A stretch of DNA of 64,000 bases from Escherichia coli. GTDB lineage: Bacteria; Pseudomonadota; Gammaproteobacteria; Enterobacterales; Enterobacteriaceae. A program made the translations under genes and the position numbers. Shown in pieces: positions 51,648 through 64,000 of the stretch. How positions within the stretch are numbered: the stretch's first letter is position 1; each line of letters begins with the position of its first letter. A model generated the notes under the pieces. It worked only from the letters and a program-made list of their open reading frames with translations. It was not told the origin of the DNA and ran no database searches. The stretch lies in assembly GCF_048403405.1 (NCBI RefSeq), contig NZ_CP183129.1. One strand, 5' to 3'.

Positions 51648-53273
51648 ATGACAGTATTCAACAAATTTGTTAGAAGTTTTAAATCTCATTGGTTGTTGTA
51701 TCTTTGTGTTATTGTTTTTGGTATTACGAACTTAGTCGCCTCTTCCGGAGCGCATATGGTTCAGCGATTGCTGTTCTTCGTTCTGACCATCCTGGTTGTT
51801 AAACGTATATCATCCCTTCCGCTTCGCCTGCTTGTTGCCGCACCATTTGTGTTACTGACAGCGGCAGACATGAGTATTAGCCTCTATTCATGGTGTACCT
51901 TTGGTACAACTTTCAATGATGGATTTGCGATTAGCGTGCTGCAGAGTGATCCGGATGAAGTTGTCAAAATGCTGGGGATGTATATCCCTTATCTATGTGC
52001 TTTTGCCTTTTTATCCCTTCTTTTTTTGGCAGTAATAATAAAATATGATGTTTCCTTGCCGACGAAAAAAGTGACAGGAATATTATTGCTGATTGTCATT
52101 TCGGGCAGTTTATTTTCCGCTTGTCAATTTGCTTATAAAGATGCAAAAAATAAAAAAGCGTTCAGTCCATATATACTAGCGTCGCGATTTGCTACCTATA
52201 CGCCGTTTTTCAATCTCAATTATTTTGCTTTAGCAGCGAAAGAGCATCAAAGATTACTCTCAATTGCAAACACGGTGCCATATTTTCAATTATCAGTCAG
52301 GGATACAGGTATTGATACCTACGTGTTGATTGTGGGGGAGTCTGTACGTGTCGACAATATGTCTTTGTATGGATACACACGCTCTACGACACCGCAAGTC
52401 GAAGCACAAAGAAAACAGATCAAACTGTTTAATCAAGCAATAAGCGGTGCACCTTACACTGCGCTGTCGGTTCCCCTTTCTTTAACTGCTGATTCTGTTT
52501 TGAGTCATGACATTCATAATTACCCGGACAACATTATTAATATGGCTAATCAAGCAGGATTTCAGACTTTCTGGCTAAGCTCGCAATCCGCTTTTCGGCA
52601 GAATGGTACAGCAGTTACCAGTATCGCCATGCGCGCCATGGAAACAGTCTATGTCAGAGGATTTGATGAATTGTTGTTGCCGCATTTATCGCAAGCGTTA
52701 CAGCAAAAGACGCAGCAAAAGAAACTGATTGTTCTTCATTTAAATGGAAGCCATGAACCGGCTTGTAGCGCCTATCCGCAATCCAGCGCCGTGTTTCAAC
52801 CGCAGGACGATCAGGATGCCTGCTATGACAACTCCATTCATTACACAGATAGTTTGCTAGGTCAGATTTTTGAATTATTAAAAGATCGCCGCGCCTCGGT
52901 CATGTATTTTGCCGACCACGGCCTGGAACGCGACCCTACGAAGAAGAACGTCTATTTTCATGGAGGCAGGGAGGCCAGCCAGCAGGCATATCATGTCCCG
53001 ATGTTTATCTGGTATAGCCCCGTTCTTGGGGATGGCGTTGATCGTACAACGGAAAACGATATCTTTTCCACTGCGTACAATAATTACCTTATTAATGCGT
53101 GGATGGGGGTAACAAAGCCGGAACAGCCGAAAACGCTGGAGGAAGTGATTGCACACTATAAAGGAGACTCACGGGTTGTGGATGCAAACCATGATGTTTT
53201 CGATTATGTGATGCTCAGAAAGGAGTTTACAGAGGATAAGCAAGGTAACCCCACCCCTGAAGGGCAGGGTTGA
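51648..53273 (+). CDS. yhbX: Putative phosphoethanolamine transferase / sulfatase-family inner membrane protein YhbX
   Basis: ATG at 51648 gives 541 aa MTVFNKFVRSFKSHWLLYL...; N-terminal TM helices plus C-terminal sulfatase-like domain; strongly AT-rich relative to flanks. Confidence 0.85.
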   Translation: MTVFNKFVRSFKSHWLLYLCVIVFGITNLVASSGAHMVQRLLFFVLTILVVKRISSLPLRLLVAAPFVLLTAADMSISLYSWCTFGTTFNDGFAISVLQSDPDEVVKMLGMYIPYLCAFAFLSLLFLAVIIKYDVSLPTKKVTGILLLIVISGSLFSACQFAYKDAKNKKAFSPYILASRFATYTPFFNLNYFALAAKEHQRLLSIANTVPYFQLSVRDTGIDTYVLIVGESVRVDNMSLYGYTRSTTPQVEAQRKQIKLFNQAISGAPYTALSVPLSLTADSVLSHDIHNYPDNIINMANQAGFQTFWLSSQSAFRQNGTAVTSIAMRAMETVYVRGFDELLLPHLSQALQQKTQQKKLIVLHLNGSHEPACSAYPQSSAVFQPQDDQDACYDNSIHYTDSLLGQIFELLKDRRASVMYFADHGLERDPTKKNVYFHGGREASQQAYHVPMFIWYSPVLGDGVDRTTENDIFSTAYNNYLINAWMGVTKPEQPKTLEEVIAHYKGDSRVVDANHDVFDYVMLRKEFTEDKQGNPTPEGQG

Positions 53274-53280
53274 TGTCGAA

Positions 53281-54639
<1,359 letters not shown>

Positions 54640-54674
54640 TTAATTAACTGATGATGAGCCTGGATTTCCGCTCT

Positions 54675-54710
54675 CACTGAATTTTTATGCAAAATAAATG
54701 AGTTTTCATT
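54675..54710 (-). promoter_or_regulatory. Putative tandem ARG boxes (ArgR operator) upstream of argG
   Basis: On the argG strand: AATGAAAACTCATTTATT and TTGCATAAAAATTCAGTG, two adjacent 18-bp ARG-box-like palindromes (TGAAT...ATTCA type) 50-85 bp upstream of the ATG. Confidence 0.45.
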
Positions 54711-54971
54711 TAATCATCTTTTATCGGAGACAGGAAGAGTTTAGTGTGTTTTTTGTAAAATAATGCGCTTAAGGGAGAGCAGGAGAAGGCAAAAGTATTC
54801 AACAAATGAAAGTGAACCGGATATTCATTCACGTGATTAGCAATAAACGTTGACAAAATGTGGCATGGATCACTATAATGCCTGCAGATTTTACGTCCCG
54901 TCTCGGTACACCAAATCCCAGCAGTATTTGCATTTTTTACCCAAAACGAGTAGAATTTGCCACGTTTCAGG

Positions 54972-55048
<77 letters not shown>

Positions 55049-55170
55049 CTTTCCCTTAGAGTCCTTTTTCAAATATACTGTGAAGACTTCGGCCTTCGTA
55101 GTGGGATTTGAAAAAATCCTTCTGGAAAGTGCTCCAGACCGCAGTTGCGGTTATAGGGTTCAGTTATATA

Positions 55171-55196
55171 AAGCCCCGATTTATCGGGGTTTTTTG
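55171..55196 (+). terminator. Hairpin plus U-run in metY-rimP leader (partial terminator/attenuator)
   Basis: aagccccgatttatcggggttttttg. Confidence 0.65.
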
Positions 55197-55254
55197 TTAT
55201 CTGACTACAGAATAACTGGGCTTTAGGCCCTTTTTTTATGTCTTGGGGGTGGGC

Positions 55255-55707
55255 TTGTCCACATTAGAGCAAAAATTAACAGAGATGATTACTGCGCCAG
55301 TTGAGGCCCTGGGTTTTGAACTGGTTGGCATCGAATTTATTCGCGGTCGCACATCCACACTGCGCATCTATATTGATAGTGAAGATGGCATCAATGTTGA
55401 TGATTGTGCTGATGTGAGCCACCAGGTAAGTGCTGTGCTGGATGTTGAAGATCCCATCACCGTTGCTTATAACCTGGAAGTCTCCTCACCGGGTCTCGAT
55501 CGCCCACTGTTCACGGCTGAACACTACGCCCGTTTCGTCGGAGAAGAGGTGACTCTGGTTCTCCGCATGGCGGTACAAAACCGTCGTAAATGGCAGGGCG
55601 TTATCAAAGCGGTAGACGGTGAAATGATCACAGTTACCGTCGAAGGTAAAGATGAAGTGTTCGCGCTGAGTAATATCCAGAAGGCGAACCTGGTTCCCCA
55701 CTTTTAA
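55255..55707 (+). CDS. rimP: Ribosome maturation factor RimP
   Basis: UUG start at 55255 gives 150 aa (M)[24 protein letters not shown]...; the ORF track's 55243 start is 4 codons upstream. Confidence 0.9.
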
Positions 55708-55734
55708 TAGTCTGGATGAGGTGAAAAGCCCGCG

Positions 55735-57222
<1,488 letters not shown>

Positions 57223-57246
57223 TAAACTGTAGCAGGAAGGAACAGC

Positions 57247-59919
57247 ATGACAGATGTAACGATTAAAACGCTGGCCGCAGAGCGACAGACCTCCGTGGAA
57301 CGCCTGGTACAGCAATTTGCTGATGCAGGTATCCGGAAGTCTGCTGACGACTCTGTGTCCGCACAAGAGAAACAGACTTTGATTGACCACCTGAATCAGA
57401 AAAATTCAGGCCCGGACAAATTGACGCTGCAACGTAAAACACGCAGCACCCTTAACATTCCTGGTACCGGTGGAAAAAGCAAATCGGTACAAATCGAAGT
57501 CCGCAAGAAACGCACCTTTGTGAAACGCGATCCGCAAGAGGCTGAACGCCTTGCAGCGGAAGAGCAAGCGCAGCGTGAAGCGGAAGAGCAAGCCCGTCGT
57601 GAGGCAGAAGAATCGGCTAAACGCGAGGCGCAACAAAAAGCTGAACGTGAGGCCGCAGAACAAGCTAAGCGTGAAGCTGCTGAACAAGCGAAACGTGAAG
57701 CTGCGGAAAAAGACAAAGTGAGCAATCAACAAGACGATATGACTAAAAACGCCCAGGCTGAAAAAGCCCGCCGTGAGCAGGAAGCTGCAGAGCTCAAGCG
57801 TAAAGCCGAAGAAGAAGCGCGTCGTAAACTCGAAGAAGAAGCACGTCGCGTTGCTGAAGAAGCACGTCGTATGGCGGAAGAAAACAAATGGACTGATAAC
57901 GCGGAACCGACTGAAGATTCCAGCGATTATCACGTCACTACTTCTCAACATGCTCGCCAGGCAGAAGACGAAAGCGATCGTGAAGTCGAAGGCGGCCGTG
58001 GCCGTGGTCGTAACGCGAAAGCTGCGCGTCCGAAGAAAGGCAACAAACACGCTGAATCAAAAGCTGATCGTGAAGAAGCACGCGCAGCAGTACGTGGCGG
58101 TAAAGGCGGAAAACGTAAAGGTTCTTCGCTGCAGCAAGGCTTCCAGAAGCCTGCTCAGGCCGTTAACCGTGACGTAGTGATCGGCGAAACCATCACCGTT
58201 GGCGAACTGGCGAACAAGATGGCGGTTAAAGGCTCTCAGGTCATCAAAGCGATGATGAAACTGGGCGCAATGGCAACCATCAACCAGGTTATCGATCAGG
58301 AAACCGCACAGCTGGTTGCTGAAGAGATGGGCCACAAAGTTATCCTGCGTCGTGAAAACGAGCTGGAAGAAGCGGTAATGAGCGACCGTGACACGGGTGC
58401 AGCGGCTGAACCGCGCGCGCCGGTTGTGACCATCATGGGTCACGTTGACCACGGTAAAACCTCTCTGCTGGACTACATTCGTTCAACGAAAGTGGCCTCT
58501 GGCGAAGCGGGCGGCATTACCCAGCACATTGGTGCATACCACGTTGAAACTGAAAACGGCATGATCACCTTCCTGGACACCCCGGGGCACGCCGCGTTTA
58601 CTTCAATGCGTGCTCGTGGTGCGCAGGCAACGGACATCGTAGTCCTGGTTGTTGCTGCCGACGACGGCGTAATGCCGCAGACCATCGAAGCAATCCAGCA
58701 CGCGAAAGCGGCGCAGGTTCCGGTGGTCGTTGCAGTGAACAAGATCGATAAACCAGAAGCCGATCCGGATCGCGTTAAGAACGAACTCTCCCAGTACGGC
58801 ATCCTGCCGGAAGAGTGGGGCGGTGAAAGCCAGTTCGTACATGTGTCTGCGAAAGCGGGTACTGGTATCGATGAGCTGCTGGACGCTATCCTGCTGCAGG
58901 CGGAAGTTCTGGAACTGAAAGCGGTACGTAAAGGCATGGCGAGCGGTGCGGTTATCGAATCCTTCCTCGATAAAGGTCGTGGTCCGGTTGCTACCGTTCT
59001 GGTACGTGAAGGTACTCTGCACAAGGGCGATATCGTTCTGTGTGGCTTCGAATACGGTCGTGTTCGTGCGATGCGTAACGAACTGGGTCAGGAAGTGCTG
59101 GAAGCGGGTCCGTCCATTCCGGTGGAAATCCTCGGCCTGTCCGGCGTTCCGGCTGCGGGTGATGAAGTTACCGTTGTACGTGACGAGAAGAAAGCGCGTG
59201 AAGTTGCACTCTATCGTCAGGGTAAATTCCGCGAAGTTAAACTGGCGCGTCAGCAGAAATCTAAACTCGAGAACATGTTCGCCAACATGACCGAAGGCGA
59301 AGTTCACGAAGTGAATATCGTCCTGAAGGCAGACGTACAGGGTTCTGTGGAAGCTATCTCCGACTCCTTGCTGAAACTGTCTACTGACGAAGTTAAAGTG
59401 AAGATCATCGGTTCTGGCGTAGGTGGTATCACCGAAACCGACGCTACCCTGGCTGCGGCGTCCAACGCCATCCTGGTTGGCTTCAACGTACGTGCTGATG
59501 CCTCTGCACGTAAAGTAATTGAAGCGGAAAGCCTGGATCTGCGTTACTACTCCGTCATCTATAACCTGATCGACGAAGTGAAAGCGGCAATGAGCGGTAT
59601 GCTGTCTCCGGAACTGAAACAACAGATTATCGGTCTGGCGGAAGTTCGTGACGTATTCAAATCACCGAAATTTGGTGCCATCGCAGGTTGTATGGTTACC
59701 GAAGGTGTGGTTAAACGTCACAACCCGATCCGCGTTCTGCGCGACAACGTGGTTATCTACGAAGGCGAGCTGGAGTCCCTGCGCCGCTTCAAAGATGACG
59801 TTAACGAAGTCCGTAACGGTATGGAATGTGGTATCGGCGTTAAGAACTACAACGACGTCCGCACTGGCGATGTGATCGAAGTATTCGAAATCATCGAAAT
59901 CCAACGTACCATCGCTTAA
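57247..59919 (+). CDS. infB: Translation initiation factor IF-2
   Basis: 890-aa ORF with charged Ala/Glu/Arg/Lys-rich N-terminal region and GTPase motifs GHVDHGKTS and DTPGH. Confidence 0.97.
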
Positions 59920-59930
59920 GGTTGTCTGGG

Positions 59931-60010
59931 TTGTAGGCCGGATAAGGCTTTTACGCCGCATCCGGCAGCCGTTGCCTGATGCGACGCTCGCGCGTCTTAT
60001 CAGGCCTACA
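59931..60010. repeat. REP (palindromic unit) elements in infB-rbfA spacer
   Basis: Two REP-like palindromes: GTAGGCCGGATAAGGC...GCCGCATCCGGCA and GCCTGATGCGACGCTCGCGCGTCTTATCAGGCCTAC. Confidence 0.85.
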
Positions 60011-60077
60011 CAGCCCTTTCCACCTGAGATTAATTTTAAAAGGGGCTATGGCCCCTTTTTTGTCAGGAGAATTTATT

Positions 60078-60479
60078 ATGGCGAAAGAATTTGGTCGCCC
60101 GCAGCGCGTAGCGCAGGAAATGCAAAAAGAGATCGCTCTCATCCTGCAGCGTGAAATTAAAGATCCTCGTCTGGGCATGATGACCACCGTTTCCGGTGTC
60201 GAAATGTCTCGCGACCTGGCGTATGCCAAAGTATATGTAACGTTCCTCAACGACAAAGATGAAGACGCGGTTAAAGCGGGCATCAAAGCGCTGCAGGAAG
60301 CTTCTGGTTTCATCCGCAGCCTGCTGGGGAAAGCGATGCGCCTGCGTATCGTGCCGGAACTGACCTTCTTCTACGACAACTCGCTGGTTGAAGGGATGCG
60401 CATGTCAAACCTGGTGACCAGCGTGGTCAAACATGACGAAGAACGTCGTGTTAACCCGGACGACAGCAAGGAGGACTAA
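60078..60479 (+). CDS. rbfA: Ribosome-binding factor A
   Basis: ATG at 60078 gives 133 aa [31 protein letters not shown]...; ORF track start 59979 runs through the REP region. Confidence 0.95.
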
Positions 60480-61423
60480 TGAGTCGTCCTCGTCGTCGCG
60501 GTCGCGACATTAACGGCGTGTTGTTGCTGGATAAACCGCAGGGTATGTCCAGCAACGATGCGCTGCAAAAAGTGAAACGGATTTATAACGCCAACCGTGC
60601 TGGGCATACCGGTGCGCTGGACCCGCTGGCAACTGGCATGTTGCCAATTTGCCTCGGGGAAGCGACGAAGTTTTCCCAGTATCTGCTGGACTCCGACAAA
60701 CGCTATAGGGTGATTGCGCGTCTTGGACAGCGTACCGATACGTCTGACGCCGACGGACAAATCGTTGAAGAACGTCCGGTAACCTTTAGTGCAGAGCAAC
60801 TGGCGGCGGCGCTGGATACTTTCCGTGGCGATATCGAACAGATCCCTTCGATGTATTCAGCACTGAAATACCAGGGCAAAAAACTGTACGAATATGCGCG
60901 TCAGGGCATTGAAGTACCGCGTGAAGCGCGCCCGATTACCGTTTATGAATTGCTGTTTATTCGCCACGAAGGCAATGAGCTGGAGCTGGAAATTCACTGC
61001 TCAAAAGGCACTTATATCCGCACCATCATTGATGACCTGGGTGAAAAACTCGGTTGTGGCGCGCATGTTATTTACCTGCGTCGTCTGGCGGTAAGTAAAT
61101 ATCCGGTTGAACGGATGGTGACCCTGGAACATCTGCGTGAACTGGTTGAACAAGCCGAACAGCAGGATATTCCAGCCGCGGAGTTACTTGATCCATTACT
61201 GATGCCAATGGACAGTCCAGCTTCGGACTACCCGGTGGTGAATCTTCCGTTAACGTCTTCTGTTTACTTCAAAAATGGTAACCCGGTTCGTACATCCGGT
61301 GCGCCGCTGGAAGGACTGGTTCGCGTTACAGAAGGTGAGAACGGCAAGTTTATCGGTATGGGCGAAATTGACGATGAAGGCCGCGTCGCGCCTCGTCGCC
61401 TGGTGGTTGAATACCCGGCGTAA
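60479..61423 (+). CDS. truB: tRNA pseudouridine-55 synthase
   Basis: 314-aa ORF with catalytic motif [12 protein letters not shown]; start overlaps rbfA stop (TAATG). Confidence 0.96.
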
Positions 61424-61475
61424 TGTTAACCGTCTTGCGATAACAGGTCGCTACGAGTAGAATACTGCCGCTTAA

Positions 61476-61841
<366 letters not shown>

Positions 61842-61856
61842 TTCTTGCGAGTTTCA

Positions 61857-61887
61857 GAAAAGGGGGCCTGAGTGGCCCCTTTTTTCA
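61857..61887 (+). terminator. Rho-independent terminator after rpsO
   Basis: gaaaagggggcctgagtggccccttttttc. Confidence 0.85.
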
Positions 61888-61935
61888 AGCTGACGGCAGC
61901 AATTCACTGGAAACTAATGTATTGTTGCTATGAAT

Positions 61936-62032
61936 GATCTTCCGTTGCAGAGGTTCGCGCGGCTAATGAGAGGCTTTACCCACATTGGGCTGGGTTAGGG
62001 TTGTCATTAGTCGCGAGGATGCGCAGAAGATC
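61936..62032 (+). promoter_or_regulatory. pnp 5' leader long imperfect stem-loop (candidate RNase III autoregulatory processing site)
   Basis: Inverted segments GATCTTCCGTTGCAGAGG ... CGCGAGGATGCGCAGAAGATC flanking about 60 nt in the rpsO-pnp spacer; the location matches the known pnp autoregulatory leader; pairing was not computed. Confidence 0.5.
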
Positions 62033-62086
62033 GGGTATTAACACCAGTGCCGTAAGGTACTGTCTAAGAAAGAGAAAGGATATTAC

Positions 62087-64000
62087 ATTGCTTAATCCGA
62101 TCGTTCGTAAATTCCAGTACGGTCAACACACCGTGACTCTGGAAACCGGCATGATGGCTCGTCAGGCTACTGCTGCTGTTATGGTTAGCATGGATGACAC
62201 CGCGGTATTCGTTACCGTTGTTGGTCAGAAAAAAGCCAAACCAGGTCAGGACTTCTTCCCACTGACCGTTAACTATCAGGAGCGTACCTACGCTGCTGGT
62301 CGTATCCCGGGTAGCTTCTTCCGTCGTGAAGGCCGCCCAAGCGAAGGCGAAACCCTGATCGCGCGTCTGATTGACCGCCCGATTCGCCCGCTGTTCCCGG
62401 AAGGCTTCGTCAACGAAGTTCAGGTTATCGCCACCGTGGTTTCTGTTAACCCGCAGGTTAACCCGGATATCGTCGCGATGATTGGTGCTTCCGCAGCACT
62501 GTCTCTGTCTGGTATTCCGTTCAATGGTCCGATTGGTGCTGCCCGCGTAGGTTACATCAATGACCAGTACGTACTGAACCCGACTCAGGACGAGCTGAAA
62601 GAGAGCAAACTGGATCTGGTTGTTGCCGGTACTGAAGCCGCTGTACTGATGGTTGAATCTGAAGCTGAACTGCTGAGCGAAGACCAGATGTTGGGCGCAG
62701 TAGTGTTCGGTCATGAACAACAGCAGGTTGTCATTCAGAACATCAATGAACTGGTGAAAGAAGCCGGTAAACCGCGTTGGGACTGGCAGCCGGAGCCGGT
62801 AAACGAAGCGCTGAACGCGCGCGTTGCTGCACTGGCTGAAGCTCGTCTGAGCGATGCTTACCGCATCACCGACAAACAAGAGCGTTATGCGCAGGTTGAT
62901 GTCATCAAATCTGAAACCATCGCGACGCTGCTTGCTGAAGATGAAACCCTGGACGAAAACGAACTGGGTGAAATTCTGCACGCTATCGAGAAAAACGTTG
63001 TTCGTAGCCGCGTACTGGCAGGCGAACCGCGTATCGACGGTCGTGAAAAAGATATGATTCGTGGTCTGGATGTGCGTACTGGCGTGCTGCCGCGTACTCA
63101 CGGTTCTGCGCTGTTCACCCGTGGTGAAACTCAGGCGCTGGTTACCGCAACGCTGGGTACTGCACGTGACGCGCAGGTTCTTGATGAACTGATGGGCGAA
63201 CGTACTGACACCTTCCTGTTCCACTACAACTTCCCTCCGTACTCCGTAGGCGAAACCGGCATGGTCGGTTCTCCGAAGCGTCGTGAAATTGGTCACGGTC
63301 GTCTGGCGAAGCGCGGCGTGCTGGCAGTCATGCCGGATATGGACAAATTCCCGTACACCGTACGTGTTGTGTCTGAAATCACTGAATCCAACGGTTCCTC
63401 TTCTATGGCTTCCGTGTGCGGCGCGTCTCTGGCGCTGATGGACGCAGGTGTGCCGATCAAAGCTGCTGTTGCGGGTATCGCAATGGGTCTGGTGAAAGAA
63501 GGCGACAACTACGTTGTACTGTCTGACATTTTGGGCGACGAAGATCACCTGGGCGATATGGACTTCAAAGTTGCGGGTTCCCGCGACGGTATCTCTGCAT
63601 TGCAGATGGATATCAAAATTGAAGGTATCACCAAAGAGATCATGCAGGTTGCGCTGAACCAGGCTAAAGGTGCGCGTCTGCATATCCTGGGCGTAATGGA
63701 ACAGGCGATCAACGCGCCGCGTGGCGATATCTCTGAGTTCGCTCCGCGTATCCATACCATCAAGATCAACCCGGACAAGATCAAAGACGTTATCGGTAAA
63801 GGCGGTTCTGTTATCCGTGCTCTGACCGAAGAAACTGGCACCACCATCGAAATCGAAGATGACGGTACTGTGAAAATCGCAGCGACCGACGGCGAGAAAG
63901 CGAAACATGCTATTCGTCGTATCGAAGAGATCACTGCAGAAATCGAAGTGGGCCGCGTCTACAATGGTAAAGTGACCCGTATCGTTGACTTTGGCGCATT
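62087..64000 (+). CDS. pnp: Polynucleotide phosphorylase, N-terminal 638 codons; gene continues beyond window end
   Basis: UUG start at 62087 giving (M)[30 protein letters not shown]...; open frame to window end with no stop, so it is absent from the ORF track. Confidence 0.93.

Overview
This window reads as a conserved core-chromosome segment of Escherichia coli (K-12-like; Shigella cannot be excluded), covering the zapG-to-pnp region in reverse-complement orientation relative to the MG1655 reference. I found no convincing evidence of a novel biological system. Identification rests on recognising the translated products and their lengths; no database search was run. Gene content in order: zapG (partial), zapE, rplM-rpsI, sspAB, dcuD, nanR, nanATEK-yhcH, yhcG, gltDB, yhcC, arcB with convergent sRNA arcZ, elbB-mtgA, yrbL, the rpoN-hpf-ptsN-rapZ-npr cluster, lptCAB-kdsCD, yrbG, mlaFEDCB-ibaG-murA, sfsB, ispB, rplU-rpmA, yhbE-obgE, dacB, greA, yhbY, rlmE-ftsH-folP-glmM, secG-leuU, yhbX, argG, and metY-rimP-nusA-infB-rbfA-truB-rpsO-pnp (partial). 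All ORFs are intact at their expected K-12 lengths. No IS elements, prophage genes, CRISPR arrays or foreign cargo were seen. Three things deserve a second look: (1) gltD is followed after 183 bp by yhcG, so the gltF-yhcADEF locus of K-12 is absent; (2) yhcG carries three in-frame 39-bp tandem repeats, each built around a near-perfect palindrome, with a fourth copy between the convergent yhcH and yhcG stop codons; (3) yhbX is an AT-rich islet next to tRNA-Leu.
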